From an uncultured Methanosarcinales archaeon (GTDB taxonomy: Archaea > Nanobdellota > Nanobdellia > Woesearchaeales > JABMPP01), in assembly GCA_964604995.1 (NCBI GenBank), contig CAZSAD010000002.1, positions 40,434 through 96,523 of the forward strand: DNA of 56,090 nucleotides, given 5' to 3'. Below are positions 27,176 through 37,472 of this stretch, piece by piece. Below the pieces are notes generated by a model. It made no database searches and had not been told where the DNA came from. It was given only the letters and a program-made list of their open reading frames with translations. Both the position numbers and the translations under genes were made by a program. Every line of letters begins with the position of its first letter. Within the stretch, counting starts at the first letter, position 1.

Positions 27176-27988
27176 ATGTCTAATTTACCTGGAAGCATTG
27201 ATGATCTAGTTGAACAGAGAAAAAATTACAATTCTGATTTAGAGAAAAGATTGGAAAAACCTTCAAGCATTGGAAAAATAGCATCAGATTGTGTAAAATA
27301 TTCTCCTTTTGTTGCATTATCAACTCTTCTTTTTGGACCAGTTGTTGCATTATCAACAGCAATTCCAGCATTTGGATATTCTTTTGGAGCATGGATAGAA
27401 AATCGAAAAAATAAAAAAAAGACAACATGGAACAAACTAAAAAAAGAAATTTATACTGGAAATGTTATGGGGCATGTAGATTATGCATTATTTTCAATGC
27501 CTGAATATATTTTTAAAGCAGCACCTGCTTTGTTTCATGCTGGTACATTTGCAAGTATGACACTTTCAGCACTTGTAATAAATCCTCTTTTTTTTATACC
27601 TGTAAATATTGCCTATAATGCTTTTTATTACATCAGAGATAATTATGGCATTAAAAATTTTACAAAAGGAATTTTCAATGGAAAAATTTTCAGTTACATA
27701 AAAGATACTTATAGGCATGTAAAAAAGAATCTTTGGCAGGATACAAAAAATGTTTTCAAAATGTTTCCATTACATTTTTTTCAGATGCATTATTTACCAA
27801 GTGCTCCACTAAGAATGGCGCAAAGTGCATTTATCAATAATCCAATTTATCGAAAATTAACAAGTAAACAAGAAAAACTCGATTCTTTAAAGATGCCAAC
27901 AAAATATGTTGATACTAAAGATAGAAGATACTTAAGAAATGAAATAAATAACAATTATCAAAATAATCTTGCGTTTGCAGATACTTGA
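27176..27988 (+). CDS. hypothetical membrane protein
   Basis: 270-aa ORF with several hydrophobic segments (FVALSTLLFGPVVALSTAIPAFGY, MTLSALVINPLFFIPVNIAY). No recognisable motif. Confidence 0.55.
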   Translation: MSNLPGSIDDLVEQRKNYNSDLEKRLEKPSSIGKIASDCVKYSPFVALSTLLFGPVVALSTAIPAFGYSFGAWIENRKNKKKTTWNKLKKEIYTGNVMGHVDYALFSMPEYIFKAAPALFHAGTFASMTLSALVINPLFFIPVNIAYNAFYYIRDNYGIKNFTKGIFNGKIFSYIKDTYRHVKKNLWQDTKNVFKMFPLHFFQMHYLPSAPLRMAQSAFINNPIYRKLTSKQEKLDSLKMPTKYVDTKDRRYLRNEINNNYQNNLAFADT

Positions 27989-28009
27989 CTATTCACTTAA
28001 CTTATTACT

Positions 28010-28909
28010 CTAAAGATTGCTTTTACTAAATATGCTATAATTTCCATCAACATCTTTAACCATCCACGAGACAAATCCCAATTTATTTACCAAATTTACA
28101 ATTGTTTTTTTGTGAATTGGCCATAATTCACGACCATACTCTATCATTTTCATAATAGTTTCTTCAAATTCTTTTGAATCTTTATTCATATCTTTAACAT
28201 ACTCCTCTCCTAATCTTTTAAATTTAGGAATAAGTTTTTTTACTTCATTTAGGGGGTTTATCATTTCAATACCTAACAGCTCTTCTAATGGTAAGTTAGA
28301 ATAAGTAACTTCAATTTTATTTATTCTTTCAATAATTTCACTATGGATTTTTTGTTTATATTCTTCTTTTTGTGTTTTATCAATATCTTCATTTTTTAGG
28401 CTGTTCCATGAGTCAATATAATTGTTTATTCCTACAAGGGTACTGCTATAATCATCTCTATACAATAAAATCGGAAGAAATGACATTGCAATACTTTTTT
28501 CATCTTCTTTTCCATTCTTTATTTTCTCAATTACCTCTCTTTCAAAAAAAGAATACCACTCTGAAGAAAGATTATGTGTTTTTTCTCTTGCCTCTTTAGC
28601 AATAGTTGTGATTTCTTTTGGTATATTTTTTGTATTCTCACTTTTATAATTAATAAGAACATCTAATTTTTCTGGTAAATCATTTACAATAGTACCATAA
28701 CCTTCTTTTTTTACTAATTTCTCCTTATTTAATTTTATTATGCCTATATAATTGGCTATTTTGATTTCTATATTTTTATTAATTGAAAAAATATCAGATG
28801 AATTTTTACCTATATCCCTTATCAATTTGTCAAGTTGTTTATCTATAATACATACTTTATCATATATTTCTGATATTTCTTTATCCAGTAACATCTTTAA
28901 ATACTCCAT
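28010..28909 (-). CDS. hypothetical protein (K/E/I/N-rich, helical)
   Basis: 299-aa ORF on the opposite strand to its neighbours, next to tRNA-His. No recognisable motif. Confidence 0.55.
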   Translation of the reverse strand: MEYLKMLLDKEISEIYDKVCIIDKQLDKLIRDIGKNSSDIFSINKNIEIKIANYIGIIKLNKEKLVKKEGYGTIVNDLPEKLDVLINYKSENTKNIPKEITTIAKEAREKTHNLSSEWYSFFEREVIEKIKNGKEDEKSIAMSFLPILLYRDDYSSTLVGINNYIDSWNSLKNEDIDKTQKEEYKQKIHSEIIERINKIEVTYSNLPLEELLGIEMINPLNEVKKLIPKFKRLGEEYVKDMNKDSKEFEETIMKMIEYGRELWPIHKKTIVNLVNKLGFVSWMVKDVDGNYSIFSKSNL

Positions 28910-28977
28910 CTATTTTTAAACTATTAAAGTTAAATAAAGAACCCCTTTTTCTAATAATAATTTTTTAAATAAAAAAG

Positions 28978-29049
28978 GGCAACCACCGAGAATCGAACTC
29001 GGGCCTAGGGCTCCACAGGCCCTCATGCTACCATTACACCATGGTCGCC
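28978..29049 (-). tRNA. tRNA-His (anticodon GUG) with genomically encoded G-1
   Basis: Reverse complement folds as a cloverleaf: G(-1)+GCGACCA acceptor, anticodon stem AGGGC/GCCCT with loop CTGTGGA, T-arm CCGAG-TTCGATT-CTCGG, 3' TGGTTGC+C. Confidence 0.88.
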
Positions 29050-29238
29050 ATATATAATTAATATATAAAAAAGGTAAAAGCAGACTGATATAAATGTTTG
29101 CAAATCAATACCTTTATAAACAGCCATTTTCTCCCAAACCTTATATCATTTAGCCCGAGTTCATTTCGAGCGATTGAGGGCTGGAAAGATATTCTATACT
29201 CTTTTCCAGCTTGTTAAATAAAATAACTAAGGATTAAA

Positions 29239-29832
29239 ATGGAACAAAAACCAGAACAAAATACACCAAAGCCACAACATCAAAGGCCTTCAATGCCACA
29301 AATGGTACCAAAAGCTGAATCAAAAGCAGATTTGCCAAAGGATTTTAGGCACTTAGTTAGAATTATGGATACTGATTTAGATGGTAATAAATCAATTGGA
29401 CAAGCACTACACAAAATCAAAGGTATTAGTTTTATGTATTCTCATGCAATTTGCAAATTAGCACAAATTGACACAACTAAAAAAGCAGGTATTTTGAATG
29501 ATTCAGAAATTGCAAAACTTGATGATGTTATGAAAAATCCAATGCAATATAATATTCCTTCATGGATGTTAAATAGAAGAAAAGATTATGAAGATGGCGA
29601 AGATAAGCACTTATTTACTTCTGATTTAATTTATGCAAGAGAAAATGATATCAAAATTATGAAAAAAATAAAATCCTTTAAAGGAATAAGACACATATTA
29701 GGACAACCTGTTAGGGGACAAAAAACCAAATCAAATTTCAGAAAGAACAAAGGTAAAGTTATGGGAGTTAAAAGAGCAAAAGTAGCTCCTGGTTCAGCTG
29801 AAGCTAGTAAAGATAAAGGCAAGAAAAAATAA
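29239..29832 (+). CDS. rps13: 30S ribosomal protein S13 (uS13) with a P/Q-rich N-terminal extension
   Basis: FRHLVRIMDTDLDGNKSIGQALHKIKGI core. About 35 extra N-terminal residues (MEQKPEQNTPKPQHQRPSMPQ...). Confidence 0.9.
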   Translation: MEQKPEQNTPKPQHQRPSMPQMVPKAESKADLPKDFRHLVRIMDTDLDGNKSIGQALHKIKGISFMYSHAICKLAQIDTTKKAGILNDSEIAKLDDVMKNPMQYNIPSWMLNRRKDYEDGEDKHLFTSDLIYARENDIKIMKKIKSFKGIRHILGQPVRGQKTKSNFRKNKGKVMGVKRAKVAPGSAEASKDKGKKK

Positions 29833-29866
29833 AATAATTAATAAAAAACTAAAAAACTGATGTAAA

Positions 29867-30511
29867 ATGGGAGATCCAAGAAAAGCAAGAAAACAATATT
29901 CCACCCCTAGCCATCCATGGCAAAGGATGAGAATGGAAAATGAAACAGCCGTAAGAAAAAAATACGGCGTTAAAACTAAAAGAGAAATATGGAAAATGGA
30001 TTCCATTAGAAAAGGATTTACAGGCAGAGCAAAATTACTAATTGCAGGAAGAACTGAACAATCCAAAAAAGAAAAGGAACAGATTGTTCAAAAATTAATG
30101 AAACTTGGTATGATTAGTGTAAATGCAAAGTTCGATGATATTTTAGGATTGACTCTTGACGATGTTATGGAAAGAAGATTACAAACACTTGTTTGGAAAA
30201 AAGGATTTGCAAAAAGTCCAGATCAAGCAAGACAATTTATTACACATGGACATATTGCAATTGCAGGAAAGAAAATAACTTCTCCTTCATATTTAGTTTC
30301 AGTATCTGAAGAAGTACAAGTGGGATTTTTACCAAAGTCCACTTTAGCTGATCCTGAAAATTTAGAAAGACAAGCAGTAGCTGCAAAACCTAAGGTTAAT
30401 CCACACTCTTCAGATAACAAAGGTCATAAAGGTAGAAGAGATGGCAGAAAACCAAGAAGGCAACAACAATCTTCCAATCAAGAAAAACCAAAAGGGGCTG
30501 ATAAAAAATGA
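29867..30511 (+). CDS. rps4: 30S ribosomal protein S4 (uS4) with a basic C-terminal extension
   Basis: [18 protein letters not shown] start, S4 RNA-binding domain [34 protein letters not shown]. The tail is rich in K/R/Q. Confidence 0.9.
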   Translation: MGDPRKARKQYSTPSHPWQRMRMENETAVRKKYGVKTKREIWKMDSIRKGFTGRAKLLIAGRTEQSKKEKEQIVQKLMKLGMISVNAKFDDILGLTLDDVMERRLQTLVWKKGFAKSPDQARQFITHGHIAIAGKKITSPSYLVSVSEEVQVGFLPKSTLADPENLERQAVAAKPKVNPHSSDNKGHKGRRDGRKPRRQQQSSNQEKPKGADKK

Positions 30512-30942
30512 GGCCACAAAGAGAAAGAGAAACTACTAGGGATTTTGGAGGAAAAGATGTTAGGTGGGGCATTGCTCATATATTCTCCTCATATAATAAT
30601 ACCATTATTCATATAACTGACATATCTGGAACAGAAAGCATTGCAAGAACTTCTGGTGGTCAAGTTGTTAAGAGTGATAGAATGGAAAGCTCTCCAACAA
30701 CAGCAATGATTGCAGCTAAAAAAGCAGCAGAAATTGCAATGGACAAAGGTATAACAGGAATCCATGTAAAAATCAAAGCTCCAGGCGGACACAATGGTCC
30801 AGCAAATCCTGGTCCAGGTGCTCAAGCAGCAATTAGGGCGTTATCAAGAATGGGCCTTAGAATTGGAATAATTGAAGATGTTACACCAATACCGCACGAC
30901 GGATGCAGAAAGAAAGGCGGAAAAAGAGGAAGGCGTGTATAA
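30508..30942 (+). CDS. rps11: 30S ribosomal protein S11 (uS11)
   Basis: [22 protein letters not shown]...[33 protein letters not shown]. The start overlaps the S4 stop (ATGA). Confidence 0.92.
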   Translation: MRPQRERETTRDFGGKDVRWGIAHIFSSYNNTIIHITDISGTESIARTSGGQVVKSDRMESSPTTAMIAAKKAAEIAMDKGITGIHVKIKAPGGHNGPANPGPGAQAAIRALSRMGLRIGIIEDVTPIPHDGCRKKGGKRGRRV

Positions 30943-30943
30943 A

Positions 30944-31729
30944 ATGCAAATAACTCTTATCAAAAAGGATAAAGAAAAAGCAAGTTTTTTGGTTAAAGAT
31001 GCAACACCATCCATGATGAATCTTTTGAGAAGAAACATTGTGAACAGGGTACCTGTTATGGCAATAGAAGAAGTCGAACTTAGAAAAAATAGTTCAGCTG
31101 TTTATGATGAAATGGTTGCACATAGGTTAGGTTTAGTTGCTCTAACAACTGATCTTAAATCCTATGATTTACCCGAAAGAAAAGAAGATGGAACAATTGA
31201 ATACAATGCTAAAAATTCAGTCAAATTAACAATCAAAGTTAAAGGTCCATGTACTGTTTATGCATCGGATCTAAAATCAAAAGATCCTGCAATAAAACCA
31301 GTTTATCCAAAAACAATAATTGCAACACTTTTAGAAGAACAAGAACTTGAAGTTGAAGCAGTTGCAACTTTAGGATTTGGATGGCAACATGCAAAATGGT
31401 CTCCAGGACTTGTAACTTATTATTATAATCCAATAATTACAGTAAACAACAATAGCCCAAAGCTCGAGGAATGCAAAAGTAAATTACCTCCTCAAATATT
31501 CGATAAAAGTGGCAAAGTTGACAAGAACCTCATAACTAATTTCAACTTAGTTGATGCAGTTGACGGTATCTGCGAAGACGTTGTCAAAGTCGAATACGAA
31601 AAGGAAAATTTTGTGCTAAATATTGAGAGCTGGGGTCAACTTGGCACAAAAGAGATGTTAAGTAAAGCCTTGGAAATAATGGAAGATCAAATTAACGAAA
31701 CAACTAAGGCAATTAGCAAGGCCAAATAA
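30944..31729 (+). CDS. rpoD: DNA-directed RNA polymerase subunit D (Rpo3)
   Basis: MQITLIKKDKEKASFLVKDATPSMMNLLRRNIVNRVPVMAIEEVEL...AHRLGLV. The ATG lies 1 nt after the S11 stop. The upstream part of the ORF-track ORF (from 30872) overlaps S11 and is not used. Confidence 0.88.
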   Translation: MQITLIKKDKEKASFLVKDATPSMMNLLRRNIVNRVPVMAIEEVELRKNSSAVYDEMVAHRLGLVALTTDLKSYDLPERKEDGTIEYNAKNSVKLTIKVKGPCTVYASDLKSKDPAIKPVYPKTIIATLLEEQELEVEAVATLGFGWQHAKWSPGLVTYYYNPIITVNNNSPKLEECKSKLPPQIFDKSGKVDKNLITNFNLVDAVDGICEDVVKVEYEKENFVLNIESWGQLGTKEMLSKALEIMEDQINETTKAISKAK

Positions 31730-31821
31730 GTACCAACTAACTGCAGCATTCCCTCAAAATATGTTGAATTTTGCAAAAGCAAAAACTCAGCAGAATTGTA
31801 GTGTCATAAGACGCTTCAGTT

Positions 31822-31905
31822 GCGGGGGTGCCGGAGCGGTCAAACGGGTACGGTTGAGGGCCGTATAGCTTAGTGCTTTCGAGGGTTCGAATCCCTTCCC
31901 CCGCA
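31822..31905 (+). tRNA. tRNA-Leu (anticodon GAG), long variable arm
   Basis: GCGGGGG acceptor pairs with CCCCCGC+A; anticodon stem TACGG/CCGTA with loop TTGAGGG; long variable arm; T-arm GAGGG-TTCGAAT-CCCTT. Confidence 0.9.
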
Positions 31906-31975
31906 TTTATTAAAAAACTAAAAATGCGAAAAATTAATTGATTATCAAATAAAAAAGAGGATAAATTTCATATTC

Positions 31976-32554
31976 ATGCAACCCGCATTCATCATTAAAC
32001 CAAATGTGAAAAAGGTTTGCTTAGTTAATATGGCAAAGGTCACTGCCGCAGTAATTGTAATAATAGCTGTGGTGTCCTATTCGAGTTACCTTATTGATTT
32101 TTCAATATTCAAAGACGTACTCGAAATCGGTGAAGGAGATTTACCAAGCACTGGAAGATTGATAATTAATTTTGCTATAGGTGTTTTAGTAGCTGCATTA
32201 ATAACTTTAATTGTTAGCTACTTATCAGCCAGCAAAAGACAATATCTTTTTTATTCAGATAAACTTGAAATTCATAACAATTTTTTGATATTTAACATTT
32301 CAAAAAAAGAGATTGATTTATCAAAAATTGTAAGTGTAAATGTTGAGTTTAAGGGAGAAAAAAAATTATTTGGGCTTGGAAAAATAATATTAATGCTAAC
32401 AGGTACAAAAGAAAAAAGTGTTGATTTGGAAGATTTAGATCAACCTGATTATTATGTACCTTACATACAAAGATTACTTGATGCAATAAAAATGCAAGAA
32501 ACAAAGCAATTTGTGTTAAATAATAAAATAGATAATACATTGAGTGGATTATAA
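31976..32554 (+). CDS. membrane protein with bacterial PH-like (bPH_2/DUF304-type) domain
   Basis: Two TM segments, then YLFYSDKLEIHNNFLIFNISKKEIDLSKIVSVNVEFKGEKKLFGLGKIILMLTG, which follows the YdbS/YdbT bPH pattern. The stop overlaps the L18e start (TAATG). Confidence 0.55.
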   Translation: MQPAFIIKPNVKKVCLVNMAKVTAAVIVIIAVVSYSSYLIDFSIFKDVLEIGEGDLPSTGRLIINFAIGVLVAALITLIVSYLSASKRQYLFYSDKLEIHNNFLIFNISKKEIDLSKIVSVNVEFKGEKKLFGLGKIILMLTGTKEKSVDLEDLDQPDYYVPYIQRLLDAIKMQETKQFVLNNKIDNTLSGL

Positions 32555-32904
32555 TGGAAAAAACAAATGTACAATTACAAACCTTGATAGCTGAACTAAA
32601 AAAAGTATCAGTCAAGGAAAAAGCAGATATTTGGAGAGCGGTAGCTTTAGATTTGGAAAGACCAACAAGGCACCAAAGAGCTGTTAATATTTCAAAGATA
32701 AGTAGAAATGCTAATGAAAATGAAACAATATTAGTTCCTGGCAAAGTTTTAGCTTCAGGAGAAATCAGTAATAAAATCACTGTGGCAGCATTTAAATTTT
32801 CAAAGCAAGCAGCTGATAAAATAAATAAAAATGGCAAAATCATTACAATACAAGAATTACTTAAACAAAATCCAAAAGGAAAAAATATTAGGATAATTGG
32901 ATAG
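32554..32904 (+). CDS. rpl18e: 50S ribosomal protein L18e (eL18)
   Basis: TNVQLQTLIAELKKVSVKEKADIWRAVALDLERPTRHQRAVNISKISR. Position in the conserved L18e-L13-S9-RpoN cluster. Confidence 0.88.
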   Translation: MEKTNVQLQTLIAELKKVSVKEKADIWRAVALDLERPTRHQRAVNISKISRNANENETILVPGKVLASGEISNKITVAAFKFSKQAADKINKNGKIITIQELLKQNPKGKNIRIIG

Positions 32905-32913
32905 TGATGCAAA

Positions 32914-33330
32914 ATGATAATCGACGCAACTAATCAAGTGCTTGGAAGAGTAGCTAGTTTTGCTGCTAAAAAAGCGCTTTTGGGAGAAAAAATTGAAATT
33001 GTAAATTGTACAAATGCTATAATTACAGGAACAAAAACTGATATTCTTACTAAATACAAAGGAAAACGTTCTAGAGGAGATCCATTTCATGGTCCATATT
33101 TTCCAAGACAAGCAGAAAAAATAATGAAAAGAACAATTAGAGGAATGCTTCCTAGAAGACAAGAAAAAGGTCAAAGCGCTTTAAAACTTGTTGTATGTTA
33201 TAGGGGAGTTCCAGAAGTTTTGAACAATAAAAAATTCGAAACAATTAAAGGTGCAGATGTTTCTAAAATGTCAAATCTAAGATATATAACTTTAGGAGAA
33301 GTTTGCAAATTACTCGGAGGAAGAGTATGA
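32914..33330 (+). CDS. rpl13: 50S ribosomal protein L13 (uL13)
   Basis: MIIDATNQVLGRVASFAAKKALLGEKIEIVNCTNAIITG...IRGMLPRR. Confidence 0.92.
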   Translation: MIIDATNQVLGRVASFAAKKALLGEKIEIVNCTNAIITGTKTDILTKYKGKRSRGDPFHGPYFPRQAEKIMKRTIRGMLPRRQEKGQSALKLVVCYRGVPEVLNNKKFETIKGADVSKMSNLRYITLGEVCKLLGGRV

Positions 33331-33725
33331 AATCACAACACGCTTCAGGAAAAAGAAAAAGAGCAATTGCCAGGGCAACACTAAGACTTGGCAAAGGCAA
33401 AGTTAGAATTAACAAAGTTCTACTTGAATTTTACCAGCCAAAAATGTCAAGGCTCAAAATAATGGAACCATTAGTTATTGCTGGTGATGTTGCAAATTCA
33501 GTTGATATTGATGTTTTAGTTCGAGGCGGTGGACAAAGTGGTCAAGCTGAAGCAGCTAGACTCGTTGTTGCTAAATCTTTAGTTCAATTTTCAAAGGATA
33601 AAACTTTGGAACAAAGATATCTTGCATATGATAGGCACATGCTTGTTGCTGATGTTAGAAGAAAAGAAACAAGAAAACCAAATGACTCAAAAGCAAGAGC
33701 AAAAAGACAGAAGTCATACAGATAA
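33327..33725 (+). CDS. rps9: 30S ribosomal protein S9 (uS9)
   Basis: SGKRKRAIARATLRLGKGKVRIN...GGGQSGQAEAARLVVAKSL...RKPNDSKARAKRQKSYR. The ATG at 33327 overlaps the L13 stop (ATGA). Confidence 0.92.
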   Translation: MKSQHASGKRKRAIARATLRLGKGKVRINKVLLEFYQPKMSRLKIMEPLVIAGDVANSVDIDVLVRGGGQSGQAEAARLVVAKSLVQFSKDKTLEQRYLAYDRHMLVADVRRKETRKPNDSKARAKRQKSYR

Positions 33726-33754
33726 AATTCAAATCAAAATCAAGGTGAGAAAAA

Positions 33755-33952
33755 ATGATTATACCAGTTCGATGCTTTAGCTGTGGAAAGCCAATTGGCC
33801 ATCTTTGGGAAGAGTATAATGAAAAACTAAAGAAAGGCGAAGATCGAAAAAAAGCTCTTGATGATTTAGGCATGGATAGATATTGCTGTAGGGCAGTATT
33901 TTTAGGTCATGTTGATTTGATGAACGATGTTTCAAAATTCAAGAAATTTTAA
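33755..33952 (+). CDS. rpoN: DNA-directed RNA polymerase subunit N (Rpo10)
   Basis: MIIPVRCFSCGKPIGHLWEEY...RYCCRAVFLGHVDL zinc-binding signature. Confidence 0.92.
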   Translation: MIIPVRCFSCGKPIGHLWEEYNEKLKKGEDRKKALDDLGMDRYCCRAVFLGHVDLMNDVSKFKKF

Positions 33953-34059
33953 TTAATATTTTTTAATTTATTATTTGTTTTTTTTAATTCATATGATTAT
34001 TTTGTTTCTTATCTATTTAATATCAATAATTTTTTAAACTTCTAAATTGGGATTAAATT

Positions 34060-34626
34060 ATGGATAAAAAATATTTACTACTTTGGAAATTAGCATTGCC
34101 TTATCTAAAAAAAGGAGTTAGGAAAGATTTTGTTCTTCATACAAAAAATGTTGTAAAAGCTATTGAAGAAATATTAAAAGAAGAAAAGGGCAATTCAAAT
34201 TTATTGTATCCTGCAGCAATACTTCATGATACTGGGTGGTCTGATGTTCCAAAGAGATTACAGTTAACTAACATCAATGCAGAAAAAAAGAAAGCTCTAA
34301 AATTACATATTAAATATGCATTACCAATTGCAAGAAAAATTTTAAAGAAAATGAATTATAAATCTGACAATGTTAATAAAATTGTTTTAATAATAAAATC
34401 ACATAAATTTAGTAATCCGAAAGATTTGAACAAAAGAATACTCATAGATGCTGATGCACTTTCAGATGCATATAAAAATTCTTTTTATAGTGATGCAAAA
34501 AATTATTCTGTAAGTCCAATTGATTTATACAAATATAGATTAGCTAATAACAATTTTTATACAAAAATAGCAAAAAAAATATTTCAAAGAGAGATAAATA
34601 AAAGAAGAAAAGAACTTTTTGGATAA
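34060..34626 (+). CDS. HD-domain phosphohydrolase
   Basis: H...AILHDTGW (HD dyad) and a later IKSHKF histidine. Size is typical of standalone HD proteins. Confidence 0.6.
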   Translation: MDKKYLLLWKLALPYLKKGVRKDFVLHTKNVVKAIEEILKEEKGNSNLLYPAAILHDTGWSDVPKRLQLTNINAEKKKALKLHIKYALPIARKILKKMNYKSDNVNKIVLIIKSHKFSNPKDLNKRILIDADALSDAYKNSFYSDAKNYSVSPIDLYKYRLANNNFYTKIAKKIFQREINKRRKELFG

Positions 34627-34694
34627 TCCTCTATTCTTTAATGCTTAATTTTCTCCATAACCTTTTTATAATTCTATTATACTCAATTATTATC

Positions 34695-37430
34695 ATGAAT
34701 TTCGTCGAAATAGAAAAGAAATGGCAACAGAAATGGAAAGAAGCTGATATTTTTAGAGCAGATTTAAATCCAAATAAAAAGAAATTTTATTGTTTAGAAA
34801 TGTTTCCTTATCCTTCTGGCGCAGGCCTTCATATGGGTCATGCAAGAAATTATGTTATTGGAGATAGCTATGCAAGGTTTATGAGGCAGCAAGGATACAA
34901 TGTTTTGTATCCTATGGGTTACGATGCATTTGGACTTCCTGCAGAAAATGCAGCAATTAAAAATAAAGTTGATCCTAAAGATTGGACCTTTAATAATATC
35001 CATACAATGGAAGACCAACAAAAAGAGCTTGGTTTATCCTATGATTGGAAAAGAGAATTTGCAACATGTACACCTGAATATTATAAATGGAATCAATGGA
35101 TATTTCTACAATTTTTTAAAAAAGGATTAGCATACAGAAAAAAATCGACAGTTAATTGGTGTCCTAGTTGTAATACTGTCCTTGCCAATGAGCAGGTTGT
35201 AAATGAAAGTGAATGTTGGAGATGTCATAGCCAAGTTCAAACAAAAGATTTGGAACAATGGTTTTTCAAAATCACACAATATGCTGAAGAGCTTTTGAAT
35301 GATATAGATTCTAAACTTGAGTTCTGGCCTGAAAGAGTTAAAACAATGCAAAAGAATTGGATAGGCAAAAGTAGTGGTGTTGAAATCTTTTTCAAAGTTG
35401 ATTCAAAAGTCGATGGAAAAGATAGGGTACTTAAAGCTTTTACAACAAGATGCGATACTATTTTTAGTGTAACATTTATTGTATTAGCTGCAGAGCATCC
35501 ACTTGCAAAAGAAATTGTGAAAGGAACTAATCAAGAAAAAGAGTTTAATTCTATTTTAGAAATAATAAAAAAACAAACTATTATTGAAAGAACAACTCCT
35601 GAAGGAAAAGATAAACTTGGTTGTTTTCTTGGAAGATATGCAATTAATCCAGTTAATGGTGAAAAAATACCAATTTACATTGCAAATTTTGCATTAATGG
35701 ATTATGGTACTGGAATTGTAATGGCAGATGCACATGATCAAAGAGACTATGAATTTGCAAAAAAATACAACATTCCACTAAAATTTGTAATCTCTAAAGA
35801 TGGTCAACCAATAGATCCAAATATTTCGAAAGAAGCATTTACCGACGATGGAATATTGTTTAATTCAGGAAAATTTTCTGGTATGCAAAATAGAGTTGCT
35901 TTGCTACTTATGGCACAGTGGTTAGAAGAAAATAAATGGGGTTCAAAAACAATCCAATACAAATTAAGAGATTGGTTAATTTCAAGACAAAGATACTGGG
36001 GGACACCAATTCCAGTTATTTACTGTTCTGATTGTAAAATTGTTCCAGTTCCTGAAAATGAATTGCCAATTATACTTCCATCTGATGTCAAATTTACCGG
36101 AGAAGGAAATCCACTTGATAAAAGTTCAAGTTTTGTAAATGTCAAATGTCCAAAATGCAAAAAAGATGCAAGGCGAGAAACTGATACAATGGATACATTT
36201 GTTGATTCCTCTTGGTATTTTTTAAGATACACTGATCCTAAAAACAATCAAGTTCCATTTTCAAAAGAAGCTGCAAAATATTGGATGCCAGTTGATCAAT
36301 ATATTGGTGGAATTGAGCATGCAATATTGCATCTTTTATATGCAAGATTTTTTACAAAAGCACTTCGTGATTTAGGACTTGTTGATATCGATGAGCCTTT
36401 TGCAAGACTTCTAACACAAGGAATGGTTACATTGCAAGGGCAAGTAATGAGTAAAAGCAAAGGCAATGTAATTGATCCAAGAGAAGTTTCAAGTAAAGTT
36501 GGTACTGATGCTTTAAGAGTATTTATTTTATTTGCAGCACTTCCTGAAAAAGAACTCGAATGGAGTGATACAGGTACACAAGGTATTTTTAGATTTTTGC
36601 AAAAAGTTGAAAAATTATCAGAAGATAATTTATCTATTACTGAAAAAAATGAAAAGTTAGATTTATCAAAATTAAGTAAAGAACTTAGTAACATGGATTT
36701 GTATATTCTTAGCAAGTTAAATACCACAATAGAAAAAGTCTCTCTTGATATTTATGAATTTAGATTTAGTCAAGCAATTGTTTCACTTATGGAATTTGCA
36801 AACCTTTTATACAAATATTCAATTGATCACAAACCCAACAAAATAGTTTTATCTGAAGCAATAGGAAAATATTTGCAAATGTTATCTCCTTTTGCGCCAC
36901 ATCTATGCGAAGAACTTTGGCATAATAGGGGAAATAATAATTTTATTTCTTTAGAGAAATGGCCACAACTAGAAACAGATAAAATCAATTTGGAAATCGA
37001 GGCTGCATTTGAGCTTGTTGAAAATGTCAGAGCAGATATTTTATCAGTTTTACAATTAGCTAAAATTGAAAATCCAAAAAACATTTCACTATTTGTTGCA
37101 AATCCTTGGAAATTTAAAATGCTTTCAATTATCAAAACTAAATTGGAAGTAACTAGAATACCTGGCGAAATTATAAAAGAATTAATACAATCAGAACTTA
37201 AACAATATGGGAATGAAATAGTTAAAATTGTTCCAAGAATAATTGCTGATCCCTCTAAAATACCAAAAATATTGCTTAGTACTGAAATCGAATTTAATAA
37301 TCTAAAAGAATCAATAAGTTATTTATCCAAAGAATTTAAATGCGATATTGTTGTAATTTTAGAGACGGATTCGAAAGAAGCAAAAGCAAAACAAGCAATG
37401 CCTGCAAAGCCTGCAATACTTGTAAAATAA
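34695..37430 (+). CDS. leuS: leucyl-tRNA synthetase, bacterial type
   Basis: Colinear with bacterial LeuRS: [74 protein letters not shown]. The ATG at 34695 gives [14 protein letters not shown]; the ORF opens at 34641. Confidence 0.93.
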   Translation: MNFVEIEKKWQQKWKEADIFRADLNPNKKKFYCLEMFPYPSGAGLHMGHARNYVIGDSYARFMRQQGYNVLYPMGYDAFGLPAENAAIKNKVDPKDWTFNNIHTMEDQQKELGLSYDWKREFATCTPEYYKWNQWIFLQFFKKGLAYRKKSTVNWCPSCNTVLANEQVVNESECWRCHSQVQTKDLEQWFFKITQYAEELLNDIDSKLEFWPERVKTMQKNWIGKSSGVEIFFKVDSKVDGKDRVLKAFTTRCDTIFSVTFIVLAAEHPLAKEIVKGTNQEKEFNSILEIIKKQTIIERTTPEGKDKLGCFLGRYAINPVNGEKIPIYIANFALMDYGTGIVMADAHDQRDYEFAKKYNIPLKFVISKDGQPIDPNISKEAFTDDGILFNSGKFSGMQNRVALLLMAQWLEENKWGSKTIQYKLRDWLISRQRYWGTPIPVIYCSDCKIVPVPENELPIILPSDVKFTGEGNPLDKSSSFVNVKCPKCKKDARRETDTMDTFVDSSWYFLRYTDPKNNQVPFSKEAAKYWMPVDQYIGGIEHAILHLLYARFFTKALRDLGLVDIDEPFARLLTQGMVTLQGQVMSKSKGNVIDPREVSSKVGTDALRVFILFAALPEKELEWSDTGTQGIFRFLQKVEKLSEDNLSITEKNEKLDLSKLSKELSNMDLYILSKLNTTIEKVSLDIYEFRFSQAIVSLMEFANLLYKYSIDHKPNKIVLSEAIGKYLQMLSPFAPHLCEELWHNRGNNNFISLEKWPQLETDKINLEIEAAFELVENVRADILSVLQLAKIENPKNISLFVANPWKFKMLSIIKTKLEVTRIPGEIIKELIQSELKQYGNEIVKIVPRIIADPSKIPKILLSTEIEFNNLKESISYLSKEFKCDIVVILETDSKEAKAKQAMPAKPAILVK

Positions 37431-37472
37431 ATCAATATTGTTTATCTATTATTATCTTAAAGAGGTATAATC

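Noticed and set aside
28910-29100. tRNA-His flank examined for att-type duplication like that at tRNA-Phe
   Set aside because: No copy of the tRNA-His 3' end was found in the neighbouring few kb. The CCGAA/TTCGG hairpins at 27075-27130 only superficially resemble the T-arm.
30872-30943. Upstream extension of the rpoD ORF
   Set aside because: This portion overlaps the end of rps11 in another frame. The conserved RpoD N-terminus (MQITLIKKD...) starts at the ATG at 30944, 1 nt after the S11 stop.
32349-32912. 187-aa minus-strand ORF spanning the bPH gene and rpl18e
   Set aside because: It is antisense to two well-supported plus-strand genes. Its composition (F/L/I/C-rich, no motif) is typical of shadow ORFs in AT-rich DNA. 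The same applies to 36296-36727, 45158-45580, 47147-47620, 7292-7573 and the other short antisense ORFs in the track.
34641-34694. Hydrophobic 18-aa N-terminal extension of leuS, and similar extensions for pyrC at 9571 and rpe at 12327
   Set aside because: The conserved enzyme N-termini begin at internal ATGs. The extensions start at non-ATG codons or lie in upstream promoter-like AT-rich sequence, so they are probably not translated. The rpe extension from the ATG at 12351 remains possible.
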